In this document: in pieces, positions 1 to 9,187 of the stretch
Layout of the letters: each line of letters starts with the position of its first letter
How positions within the stretch are numbered: the stretch's first letter is position 1
Origin: Bacillota bacterium
GTDB taxonomy: Bacteria > Bacillota > JAAYKD01
DNA length: 64,000 nucleotides
Direction: 5' to 3'
Assembly (NCBI GenBank): GCA_963666425.2
Contig: OY762825.2
Span: 1,920,001 to 1,984,000 of the forward strand
Notes under the pieces: generated by a model
Database searches by the model: none
Told to the model about the DNA's origin: nothing
Seen by the model: the letters and a program-made list of their open reading frames with translations, nothing else
Made by a program: the position numbers and the translations under genes

Positions 1-733
1 GTTCGCCATCCATTTCGTAAAGATAATCTGCCGGATGGTTTCTTACAGTGCTTACATTGTCTTCCCAAGTTTTTTTATCATGATACAAAAAGGGTAATTC
101 GGATATTTGCTCTATGCCCGGTTCAATCAACTCATATCCTTTTTTTTGTAAGGATTCCACAGAATACGTTAAGGTGGTGAACCCATCACCAACCTTAATA
201 TCAACGTGAGGCCGCGAAGCCAACCAATGTTCACTCAGATAACCTTCCTGATCTGAGGCGTATCGTTCTTCAACGGCATAGGTGAAAAAGCGGACAAATT
301 TCATATTCTCCGGCGGATATTCACTGCCATGTCCCGGCTGATCAGCCAGAGACATTTTATACACATGAATCTCTACTTGTTTTTGATCGGCAATGACCTG
401 ATACACAGAGTATTTATCGATAAATGCTTTGATCTTCTTCGCATCCGTTAGTTCGGTCAGTTCTTTCAAATCTGCCTTGCCGGGTATCCCTTCGTCATAG
501 AAATAGGACCATTTACTCGGAGGTTGATTGTAACTGAGCATCAGCGTTGATTGGCTGTCGGGGATATTCTCCATAATCAGCTGGGCAAACTCATCAAACG
601 CGTTTTTGTTTCCTTCCCATAATTTGACCATATCTGCAATCGTATCCGGATATTTGATCGTTTGACAACCGGACAACAAGATAACGATGAAAAGCAGCAG
701 AGCAGCCAAAACCTTTGAGTGATGTCTTTTCAT
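1..733 (-). CDS. Putative lipoprotein, partial (runs off left edge)
   Basis: Not in ORF track. ATG at 733 preceded by AAGGAG; translates MKRHHSKVLAALLLFIVILLSGCQTIKYPD..., with lipobox LSGC; frame open to the window edge. Confidence 0.8.
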   Translation of the reverse strand, partial: MKRHHSKVLAALLLFIVILLSGCQTIKYPDTIADMVKLWEGNKNAFDEFAQLIMENIPDSQSTLMLSYNQPPSKWSYFYDEGIPGKADLKELTELTDAKKIKAFIDKYSVYQVIADQKQVEIHVYKMSLADQPGHGSEYPPENMKFVRFFTYAVEERYASDQEGYLSEHWLASRPHVDIKVGDGFTTLTYSVESLQKKGYELIEPGIEQISELPFLYHDKKTWEDNVSTVRNHPADYLYEMDGE

Positions 734-745
734 GTGTTGCTCCTT

Positions 746-1474
746 CTAATCGTTTCGCATAACCACAGCTTTCCCTTTCAGTTGATTCACAAGTTCTTTA
801 TATTCACTTGAATTCTGCAGATAGAGATTGTCAACTGCTTCATTGGGGTATTTTACTTTCAACTCTTCCAACAGCCCGCTAAACATCTTACCAATGGTCA
901 GTTTGACCTGATAGTGTGGTAGAATATTCTCTTGGGCATATTCTTCGAACGTCAAGCCCAAACCCTTAGCATACTGGGTTAGAATCTCCACTTGCTCCGA
1001 TGGGAGTTTAGAGGAGACATTTTCATAGTAGGCTTGCACGTCGGCTTCGCTTGCTGAGAATCCCTGTTCGACCGCCGCCTGATAAAAGATCTCGTCTTCA
1101 ATCATTTCTGCGAGCATTTTCTCTTTTACATCGGTTTCGTTCTTCTGCTTGGTTAGTGCATCTACTTTTTGTTGGTAATCTGCCTGCGTGATTTGGCCGG
1201 CTGCCAGCAACTTGCGATATTTTTGTAGTTCTACTTTGTAGAGTACTTCTATATTGAAGACAACTCTTGATAATTCGCGTTCCGGTAACCCAACACCGTT
1301 GACGGTAGCAATAATCTCTTGATTGGTAAGTAAATCACTGCGAACTATCGCGGTTTCTTCTGCAATCCAGTCATATTCAGTATTTTCGTTTGCATTTAGA
1401 AAAACAAACGCCGATGCCAAGACGAGCATAGCGGTTGTTGCTATGATTAGCGTTTTCTTCTTCATGACAGTCAC
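746..1474 (-). CDS. SurA N-terminal/PrsA-like exported chaperone domain protein, no PPIase domain evident
   Basis: N-terminal hydrophobic anchor, IIATVNG motif, EMIEDEIFYQAAVEQGFSASEADV helix pattern and C-terminal LKGKAVV typical of SurA_N/PrsA folds. Confidence 0.65.
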   Translation of the reverse strand: MTVMKKKTLIIATTAMLVLASAFVFLNANENTEYDWIAEETAIVRSDLLTNQEIIATVNGVGLPERELSRVVFNIEVLYKVELQKYRKLLAAGQITQADYQQKVDALTKQKNETDVKEKMLAEMIEDEIFYQAAVEQGFSASEADVQAYYENVSSKLPSEQVEILTQYAKGLGLTFEEYAQENILPHYQVKLTIGKMFSGLLEELKVKYPNEAVDNLYLQNSSEYKELVNQLKGKAVVMRND

Positions 1475-1505
1475 TCCTTTTAGGTTAAGTCTCCTGAGTA
1501 TTTAC

Positions 1506-2000
1506 TCAGAAGCTTACAGTCCTGAAACTGTAACCGGTATCGAAGGCATAGCCAAGCTGTCCTGTGATTGGAAAATACGCACCGATCCAATGACCTGTAG
1601 AAACAGCAATAGGATTATTTCTGTTCTCAGCTGCAACAGCAGAAATTCCGGAAAAAGAGGTTTCAGTTTCATTTTGATTATAATCGACGCCAGATATTCT
1701 CAATAGATGCTGAGAAACGTCAATATCCGAAATAACTTGAGTGATGGGTATTGATGGATCACTACTGACTTCCTGAAAGACGATTTGACTTTGCTGGGTT
1801 TTCATGGTGTTATTATCAAAGGTATAACCTGATGTAACGTAAAAAACAGCAGTATCCGGTGAAAAAAAAGGATCGATAAAACTAACATACACACTCGTGT
1901 TTGTTACAGCATTATTACTCCAAGCTAGCACCGAACCCGATACAAGCACTATTAACATGATTGAAACTAATGTTATCATAAGAATATGTTTCTTCTGCAT
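1506..2000 (-). CDS. Hypothetical secreted protein
   Basis: AGGAGG RBS; signal peptide ending SVLA; beta-rich mature part. Confidence 0.7.
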   Translation of the reverse strand: MQKKHILMITLVSIMLIVLVSGSVLAWSNNAVTNTSVYVSFIDPFFSPDTAVFYVTSGYTFDNNTMKTQQSQIVFQEVSSDPSIPITQVISDIDVSQHLLRISGVDYNQNETETSFSGISAVAAENRNNPIAVSTGHWIGAYFPITGQLGYAFDTGYSFRTVSF

Positions 2001-2228
2001 CGTGAATCCTCCTAGTTTAGAATTAATTAGGAATAATGAAAGAGAAGTGGTTGCAAATATTGTGCGCGTTCAGCAATCAATTATTCACTTTGTACACGGG
2101 TTCAGTCCTCTTTCAAAAAATAAAATGGCAGCTTTCGGTGATAACCTTCAAATACTTTCGTCGTGTTTACTATTATTTACGATGATAGGGCTCGAAAAAT
2201 CGGAGTTAAAAAAACAAACTTAGCTTCT

Positions 2229-2570
2229 TCAACATGTTTTTATGACAGGTGTTCCTGTAAATGCTACCCCATCAATAGTCCCTGTTACTTCTAAAGTGTA
2301 GGTTAGTCCGCTAATTACGCTATGGTTTCCGGCAATAACCAGGTAAGATGTTGCAGAGCCCGACCAAGAGTCGATAAGAGTATCACCTTGCCATAGTTCT
2401 AAGGTTGCTTCAATATCCTTTCCAATTTCAGTAATACTAACTCTGCAATAGGCAGTTGTCCCTGTAAAGGTTAGAGTCGGAGTTACCATTGTGGTTCTAA
2501 TCGCTGCACTCACCATCATGCTATTGGATATTATGGAAACTAAAACAATGGTCAGTAAAATCCTCTTCAA
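2229..2570 (-). CDS. Hypothetical small secreted protein
   Basis: Likely TTG start at 2570 after GGAGGTG RBS; signal peptide LKRILLTIVLVSIISNSMMVSA; Thr-rich beta domain. Confidence 0.7.
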   Translation of the reverse strand: MKRILLTIVLVSIISNSMMVSAAIRTTMVTPTLTFTGTTAYCRVSITEIGKDIEATLELWQGDTLIDSWSGSATSYLVIAGNHSVISGLTYTLEVTGTIDGVAFTGTPVIKTC

Positions 2571-2883
2571 AAAAATCACCTCCTTCCTTCGTTTTCTTCT
2601 CATTATATAAAACGGAGAAAGGTGGTGATTCCGGACACTCAAAACAAAAAAAATTCGCTGCACTCGGTATGATCTCCCCGACCATCATCCAAAAAATGAT
2701 GTCAGTGAGGATTTCATCCATTATAATAATCGAATTTCACTGTTATGACACAGTTCGCAGGTTAGCTCCGACCATACGCTGGCTTTGCTCGAGGTTGTTT
2801 CAGATCGCTTACGCTTTCATAATGGGTACTATCCAGGCGAAATCACATGCCGTCGCCCAGAATGGTATTTTTAGGATTCTGAT

Positions 2884-3765
2884 TCAGCTGCCGAGTTCTT
2901 CCGCTTTTTGATAGCGGTAAAACTCGGTGACTTGGATCCGACTGTGCAGCGAGCTGCCGGCTGCTGCCAGATACTGAGCGACTGTGATGCTGTCATCCTT
3001 GATGGTCTGCTGTTCCAGTAGGCAGCTTTCCCGGTAGAATTTCTCCAAGCGCCCCTGCAGGATTTTTGCCAGGACAGCAGGCGGTTTTTTATGCATGGCT
3101 TGTTCCAATTCCAGCTCTGTCTGCAGTTGCGCTTTGACTGCCGCCAAAGCTGCCGGCTGGATCTGCTCGCGGGTCAGATACTTAGGCTGCATCGCCGCGA
3201 TCTGCATGGCAATTTCTTTACCAATCAATTGAAGAGCCGACGCCTCGATGGGGCGGTCAACGCTTAGATTGAGAATAACGCCGTATTTACCGTTCTGATG
3301 CATAAAGGCAATCGGAAAGTCACCGTTCAGTATCTGAAAACGGCGGATGACGATTTTTTCATTAAACATCAGGACCATTTTCTGTGTCAGCTGACGCACT
3401 GTCAGGTCCGGGTCATCACTGGGGCACTGCAGCAGCTGTTCCAGGTCGGTTGGGTTATATTTTGCAATTGCCCGCGCGATCTGTTCGGCATTGGCTATAA
3501 ATAAGGCGTTGCCGGCTACAAAATCGGATTCCGAACTGATTTCCAGCAAGACGGCGCGCTGACCGTAGACGCCTGCAAAAGCGATACCGTCCGCCGCCAC
3601 ACGCGTTTCTTTTTTTTGAGCTAAATGGAATCCTTTTTCAATTAAAATCGACATGGCGATTTTTAGATCATCATTGGCTGTATGCAGCGCTTGCCGGCAA
3701 TCGAGTACACCGGCGCCGGTTTCCTGCCGTAAAATTTTGATGTTCTCCAAACTCATTTTAGTCAT
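2884..3765 (-). CDS. tsf: Translation elongation factor Ts, divergent and probably a paralogue
   Basis: N-terminal LRQETGAGVLDCRQAL (UBA-like), ESDFVA (canonical ETDFVA), IAMQIAAMQP, CLLEQ motifs; not flanked by rpsB or pyrH. Confidence 0.9.
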   Translation of the reverse strand: MTKMSLENIKILRQETGAGVLDCRQALHTANDDLKIAMSILIEKGFHLAQKKETRVAADGIAFAGVYGQRAVLLEISSESDFVAGNALFIANAEQIARAIAKYNPTDLEQLLQCPSDDPDLTVRQLTQKMVLMFNEKIVIRRFQILNGDFPIAFMHQNGKYGVILNLSVDRPIEASALQLIGKEIAMQIAAMQPKYLTREQIQPAALAAVKAQLQTELELEQAMHKKPPAVLAKILQGRLEKFYRESCLLEQQTIKDDSITVAQYLAAAGSSLHSRIQVTEFYRYQKAEELGS

Positions 3766-4310
3766 TCCTCCTGGTTGTAAATTTGATTGCCCCGCAGGAC
3801 ACGTTCTGTCCAGTTCAATTCCGTCTGATAAAACCCAATGATATTTTCATAAAGCATGGCAGCAAGCCAACGCTCCTCATCGGAGCGGTCCGGCAGTTCC
3901 AATTCCTGCTGCTGTTTTCGTTTTTGTAAAAGCAACTGATTGCGCAGCTCGGTTTGGTAATTCAGCATCAGCTCCTGCCATTGCCTTTTACTCAGCACGT
4001 TGGCGTTAGCAAATTGAATCAGAAAAGGTTTTTTAAATTCCGGCAATTCAATCGGCAGGCTGCAGATTTGTCCCTCAAGGGTCAGCCGGCCCTGCGCTGT
4101 GATGGTGTAGACTTTTTTAGAGGGAGCGCTCTCCTGATGTTCGGTCTGGCAGCTGACGAGACCCTGGTTTTTTAATTCCAATAAGACTTTATAAATCTGA
4201 TTGTTATTGCCGGACCAATACATAATCAGGGATTCCTGCATGGCTTTTTTTAAATCATAACCCGACATGGCTTTTTTATTCAGCAAACCTAAAATTGCGG
4301 TTTGAATCAA
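3762..4310 (-). CDS. PadR family transcriptional regulator
   Basis: ILGLL..MSGYDLKK...IYKVL...KKVYTITAQGR; likely TTG start at 4310; stop overlaps tsf start (ATGA). Confidence 0.92.
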   Translation of the reverse strand: MIQTAILGLLNKKAMSGYDLKKAMQESLIMYWSGNNNQIYKVLLELKNQGLVSCQTEHQESAPSKKVYTITAQGRLTLEGQICSLPIELPEFKKPFLIQFANANVLSKRQWQELMLNYQTELRNQLLLQKRKQQQELELPDRSDEERWLAAMLYENIIGFYQTELNWTERVLRGNQIYNQEE

Positions 4311-4328
4311 AATAGCACCTTCTTTCTT

Positions 4329-4370
4329 TAACATAGGTTAATAATAACATATGTTAGGATAGGCTGTCAA
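4329..4370 (-). promoter_or_regulatory. Sigma-A promoter with tandem palindromic operators (putative PadR boxes)
   Basis: TTGACA (4370-4365), TGnTATTAT (-10 at 4346-4341); perfect palindrome TAACATATGTTA at 4345-4356 and near copy TAACATAGGTTA at 4329-4340. Confidence 0.7.
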
Positions 4371-4483
4371 GCGATAAAAAATAAGCCGATGCTTTTTCTT
4401 TGACCATTTCATTGATTGATGAAACAGCAGCAGAAAAGCACCGGCTTGCCAAATCAGCAAATCGTCAGAGAGCAGAGGGGAGA

Positions 4484-4855
4484 TCAGCGTTTGGCCGGTA
4501 AAATCTCCAGCCAGTAACCATCCGGATCTTCGATAAAATAGATGCCCATACCCGGATTTTCATAGCAGATGATACCCATCTCCTGGTGCAGTTGATGAGC
4601 GGCGGCAAAATCGTCCACGATAAAGGCGATGTGAGATTCATTATCTCCCAGTTCATAAGGTCCCTGTTTATCCCGCAGCCAGGTGATTTCAAAGCTATAG
4701 ACACCGGAGCCGTCGGTAAGGTGGCAGATGCGGTAACGTCCGTCTTTGGCACTGCTGTCACGCTGAATTTTTAACCCCAGCGCTTTTTCATAGAAGTCCA
4801 AACTGCGCTGCATATCGGTCACATTGATGTTACTGTGGCTTAATTTGAATTGCAT
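4484..4855 (-). CDS. VOC family protein (glyoxalase I-like)
   Basis: HSNINVTD..RSLDFYEKALG, HIAF, FIEDPDGYWLEI motifs. Confidence 0.9.
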   Translation of the reverse strand: MQFKLSHSNINVTDMQRSLDFYEKALGLKIQRDSSAKDGRYRICHLTDGSGVYSFEITWLRDKQGPYELGDNESHIAFIVDDFAAAHQLHQEMGIICYENPGMGIYFIEDPDGYWLEILPAKR

Positions 4856-4882
4856 TTTTCTTCTCCTCCTCGCGGTTTTTCG

Positions 4883-5599
4883 CTATTTCACTTCGATTGT
4901 GTCACCCGGATTGGTGATACAAGTCAGCCAGCTGTAAGGGGAAATGGCATCGATAAATTTCCTGGTCAAGGGCAGCTGATTACCAAAGTGCATCGGAATC
5001 AAGCGGGTGGGATGCGTTGCTTCCGCAAATTGCAAAGCGCCGCGGTAAATATCCGTTTTCATTCTGGGATCAATGGGGAAGAAAGCGATGTCCAGCGGCA
5101 AAGTGTGCAGGCGAATCACATCCAGTTCCCGTTTGAACCAGGCGCCGGCTTCGGCAATTTCCTGTGGGGTCGATTCTTCCTGCCAATGCCAATTGTTCAA
5201 ATCGCCGGCATGGAAAATGGAAAAATCTTTTTTACGCAGATGAAAGGAGACTCCTTCGTCGGTGCTGCCATATGCGGTGATATCCAAATCGCCGATGCTG
5301 ACCGATTGACCCGGACGCAGATAGGTTGCTTCTGTTTTCAGGTTTTTTTGCGCGATATCATAGCCAAACACATAATGGATTCGGCGTTCTTTCGCCCACT
5401 CCAGGATACAGGGATTAAAATGATCGGCATGGCCATGACTTGCCAACACCGTCACATATTTAAATCCCTGTAAATCGGCGGAGCGGATCACGCCGTCGGA
5501 CAAACCTTTGCCCGGCGTATCTTTACAATAATCAATGATGACCAGGTGTTCCGGCCATTGCAGGGCAAAACCGCTGTTGTATAAATAAGTAATTTTCAT
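4883..5599 (-). CDS. MBL-fold metallo-hydrolase
   Basis: SHGHADH, STDEG, FHAGDLN, IPMHF motifs. Confidence 0.9.
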   Translation of the reverse strand: MKITYLYNSGFALQWPEHLVIIDYCKDTPGKGLSDGVIRSADLQGFKYVTVLASHGHADHFNPCILEWAKERRIHYVFGYDIAQKNLKTEATYLRPGQSVSIGDLDITAYGSTDEGVSFHLRKKDFSIFHAGDLNNWHWQEESTPQEIAEAGAWFKRELDVIRLHTLPLDIAFFPIDPRMKTDIYRGALQFAEATHPTRLIPMHFGNQLPLTRKFIDAISPYSWLTCITNPGDTIEVK

Positions 5600-5614
5600 C
5601 GTGGGTTGCTCCTT

Positions 5615-8600
5615 TCATTCATTTTTCTCATTGCAAAGGGAAATATATTCGCAATGAAAACAGTTTTCCCGGCTGCATTTTTTTAAATCAGCCGCGTCCA
5701 AGCTGCGTTCAATGGCGGCAGCCAAGTCAATCGCTTCCTGCCTGGCTTTGGCCAGCGTGACCGCATCGCAGGGCACATCCCACCAGATTCCCGGGTGCAC
5801 AAAGACCAGCTGCGCGCGGGAAACCGGTTTGCCGGTCAGCTTCTCCACCGCCAGACAATAAAGCTGCAGCTGCAGATCATAGCCTTTCGCAGCGGATTGT
5901 GCTTGCGCCGCTTCGATGCGATTGGTTTTATAATCCAGTAACAGCCAACTGCCGTCTTCCTGTTCCGCCAGGAAATCGACGACCCCCTGCAGCAGAAAAC
6001 CAGGCGCCAGTAAAACCGTGAAAGGCCACTCCCGCCAGCGGACTGCTTGTGGCTGACGGAAGATTTCCCGATAGGCAGGCTGATTCTGCAGCTGCTGCAG
6101 CAGGGTTCGCGCCGATTCGCGCCGGTTGCTTTCCAGAATAAAATCGGGTTCAGCGAAGACTTGGTTCAGCAACTGCTGCAGATCGGTTTCCGGAGTCAGC
6201 AATTCACAGAGGCGATGGATCAGAGAACCGAAACGCAGCGGATCATATGGCAGCGTCTGCTGATTCAATTCCACATCGGCAGAATCGTAACCTTCTTCTT
6301 CTCTGCGATCGAGCGCATTCACCTGCCATAAATCGGGATCAGTCCCGGCAAATCCCGGCTGCGCTTCTTTCAGCCACAAACGATAGCGTAAATAATAGCT
6401 GCGGGGGCAGCGCCGGTAGAGCAGCAGGGTAGTGGCGGAAAATTTGACCAACGCGCGCGGCACAAGGGCAATCTCACGCTGCATCGCGGTTGGGATGAAA
6501 GCGGTTGTAACAGGGAAAATCATCTGCCCTGCCGCGGGTTCAGCAGGTTCATCCGGCACATCGGCAGCAGTGAGAGTTTGCTGAGATTCGTCTGACGCAT
6601 CTTCTTTTGGCAGCGCTGCTCTGGTGATACGAAAAGCATGTTCCCGCAGCGTCAGGCTTTCCGCGTCACTGCAGGCTGCCACGCGCAGCGGTTCGCTTCC
6701 CAGCCAATTGGCCAGCAGCTGCCACCAGCTGGAAGCCTCCGGTCGTTTTAGCTCACCGCCGCACAAGAGCAGATAATCTCTGGCTCGTGTCATGGCCACA
6801 TAGAGCACCCGCAGCGATTCTGCTTTGTCTTCTTGCTGCAGGCGCGTTCGGATTGTCTGACTGCGCAGGCTGCCGTTGGCGAAAGATAAACCAAGTTCGG
6901 GATGCCATAAGAGCAGATCGCGGTTTGGCAGTTCCTGCCTACGAATCAAATCGGGCAGAACCAGGACGGGAAACTCCAATCCCTTGGCGGCATGAATCGT
7001 CATCAGCCGAATGGCATTTTGCCCCTCTTCAAAGAGAGTCAACTCGCCTTCGTTTTCTTCTTGCGCCAGCTGATGGAAATAGTGCAGGCATTCTTCCAAA
7101 CCGTTGAATTCCAAGCCGCAGGCATCAAGGACCAGATTCTCAAATTTCCAAAGATTGGCCATTGCCTGTTCGCCATCCGGCAAGCCGGCAAAATATGTTT
7201 CCCATTGCAGGTCCCGGCGGATTCGCTGTAAAAGAGCGGTCAAATCAACATGCCCCTGCAGGTATCGCCAGTTCGTCAGGCGGTTTTGTGCAGTCTGCCA
7301 GGCGGCAGAAAACTGGGGAGGACCCAACCAACTGCTTTGCAGCCAGGTTTGCTGCAGCCTACGGCATTGCAGAGCATGCTCCGCCAAAGCATTGACGGGT
7401 AGGTCATTGACGGGAGCATTCAGCCAACCCCAAAGCGTAAATTCATCATCCGGATGAGCGATGGCGGCTAAACATAAGAGGATGTCTTCGATTTCCCGTC
7501 TTTGATAAAAAGAGCGGCTGCCCAGCACCAAATAAGGGATATTGCGGCGCCGTAAAGCGGCTTCATAATAAGCCATCGCTGTCCGGCTGCGAAACAGCAG
7601 GGCAATATCCGCGTAAGTGACCGCTTGGGCAGCTTCAGTGCCATCGGTCTCGTGCTGCCAGACCAGCTGCTCTTTTTGCACTACCATTTGCTGCAGCCGA
7701 TCTGCCAGAGTATCGGCTTCCAGACGACGGAATTCTTCTGCATTGCCGCCGGCTGATAGCAGCAGTTCCAATTGAACAGTTGCCGAGGGCAGCTGACGGG
7801 CAGCGATCATCGGTTCATAAGTTGGCATCAAAGGAGTAAAGAAAGCATTGATCAGGGCGATGATCTGCTCGCCGCTGCGGTAATTGCTGCGCAAATGCTT
7901 GTGACCGGGCAGCAAAGATGGCTGCAAAGCAACGGCAATTTCATCGGAAAGGCGATGAAACAGCTCTACAATCGCGCCGCGAAAGCCATAGATGGATTGC
8001 TGTGCATCACCGGCAATGAAGAGGCTGCGTGCCAGGCTGGTATTGTTCAGCAAGGATAAGAAAGCATATTGACCGTAATTGGTATCCTGAAATTCATCAA
8101 TTAAGAAAGCCTGATATCGCTGCTGCAGGCTGGCAAGAATCTGCGGATGATCCTGCAGCAACTGCAGTGATTTCGCTTCCAAATCAGCGAAATCCAAAGC
8201 AATCGTCTTGCTTTTGGCTTGGCTGAAGAGTTGCTCTGCTGTTTGCAGCAGACGGAGCAGGGAGACATAATAGGGCTGCAGCCAGCTTTCATAAAGCAGA
8301 TTGAGCGTGAGGCTCAGTTTGCTTTGCCGGATGAGTTCGTCACTGAGCAGTAAATTCTTGCTGGGTTTGACTTTACCGGTTGTCGTCAGGTCATTACAGA
8401 GATCGATGCTGTCCTGCAGCCAAGCAGCAACATCCCCAAAGTCGGCGCTGGCAAAATCGATCTGTTTGAAGTCCTGCAAGCGCTCCATCAGCTTTGACCA
8501 TGATTTTAAGACAGCGGTACCGCGCTGATCAAATTGCGGCTGAGCGGAGCGAAGCAACTGGACGGCAGCAGCGAAATCGGCCTGGATTTGCCGGGGATCC

Positions 8601-9187
8601 TCCGGCGCCGCCGCAGAGACTTGCGCTAATTGCTGCAAAGTGACTCCCTTATTGCGCATCTGCTGATAAAAACTGCATAACTCCGGGATCAGCTGATAAG
8701 GAGAATGCTGTAAGAGCAGCAATTCCAGTCCGGTGGCTTTGCTTTGCAGTGTTTGTTCCAAAGCACCGCGCATGGCTTCCTGCAAGAGGCGGTTGCTCTG
8801 CCATTCCTCCATCACATTGAAATTGGGGTCCAGACCGGCTTCCAGGGGATTGGCGCGCAGCAGACTGCTGCAAAAACCATGGATGGTGGTGATATTGGCA
8901 GTGGGCAGTAACAGCAGCAAGTGCGAAAGCTGCAGTTGCTTGGCTGTATCGTTTGTCTCCGTCAGGCTGCGGCGCAGCTCCTGACCAACCCGTTCCCGCA
9001 TTTCTGCCGCGGCCTTACGGGTAAAAGTAATGGCAACGATCTGATCGATGGCCAAACCGGCTTGCAGAAGATTGAGGAAGCGGTTGACTAGCACCCGTGT
9101 TTTGCCGGCGCCCGCACCGGCGGTGAGCACCAGTGACTGTGCCACCTGCTCCGCAGCGTATTTCTGATCTTCCGATAAAACGCTCAT
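5615..9187 (-). CDS. addA: AddA-like UvrD helicase-nuclease subunit
   Basis: AGAGAGKT Walker A, TFTRKAA, DEFQDT, GDAQQSIYGFRGA, TIHAAKGLEF, YVAMTRA and C-terminal DYKT nuclease motif; start likely ATG 9187, coupled to upstream stop. Confidence 0.9.
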   Translation of the reverse strand: MSVLSEDQKYAAEQVAQSLVLTAGAGAGKTRVLVNRFLNLLQAGLAIDQIVAITFTRKAAAEMRERVGQELRRSLTETNDTAKQLQLSHLLLLLPTANITTIHGFCSSLLRANPLEAGLDPNFNVMEEWQSNRLLQEAMRGALEQTLQSKATGLELLLLQHSPYQLIPELCSFYQQMRNKGVTLQQLAQVSAAAPEDPRQIQADFAAAVQLLRSAQPQFDQRGTAVLKSWSKLMERLQDFKQIDFASADFGDVAAWLQDSIDLCNDLTTTGKVKPSKNLLLSDELIRQSKLSLTLNLLYESWLQPYYVSLLRLLQTAEQLFSQAKSKTIALDFADLEAKSLQLLQDHPQILASLQQRYQAFLIDEFQDTNYGQYAFLSLLNNTSLARSLFIAGDAQQSIYGFRGAIVELFHRLSDEIAVALQPSLLPGHKHLRSNYRSGEQIIALINAFFTPLMPTYEPMIAARQLPSATVQLELLLSAGGNAEEFRRLEADTLADRLQQMVVQKEQLVWQHETDGTEAAQAVTYADIALLFRSRTAMAYYEAALRRRNIPYLVLGSRSFYQRREIEDILLCLAAIAHPDDEFTLWGWLNAPVNDLPVNALAEHALQCRRLQQTWLQSSWLGPPQFSAAWQTAQNRLTNWRYLQGHVDLTALLQRIRRDLQWETYFAGLPDGEQAMANLWKFENLVLDACGLEFNGLEECLHYFHQLAQEENEGELTLFEEGQNAIRLMTIHAAKGLEFPVLVLPDLIRRQELPNRDLLLWHPELGLSFANGSLRSQTIRTRLQQEDKAESLRVLYVAMTRARDYLLLCGGELKRPEASSWWQLLANWLGSEPLRVAACSDAESLTLREHAFRITRAALPKEDASDESQQTLTAADVPDEPAEPAAGQMIFPVTTAFIPTAMQREIALVPRALVKFSATTLLLYRRCPRSYYLRYRLWLKEAQPGFAGTDPDLWQVNALDRREEEGYDSADVELNQQTLPYDPLRFGSLIHRLCELLTPETDLQQLLNQVFAEPDFILESNRRESARTLLQQLQNQPAYREIFRQPQAVRWREWPFTVLLAPGFLLQGVVDFLAEQEDGSWLLLDYKTNRIEAAQAQSAAKGYDLQLQLYCLAVEKLTGKPVSRAQLVFVHPGIWWDVPCDAVTLAKARQEAIDLAAAIERSLDAADLKKCSRENCFHCEYISLCNEKNE

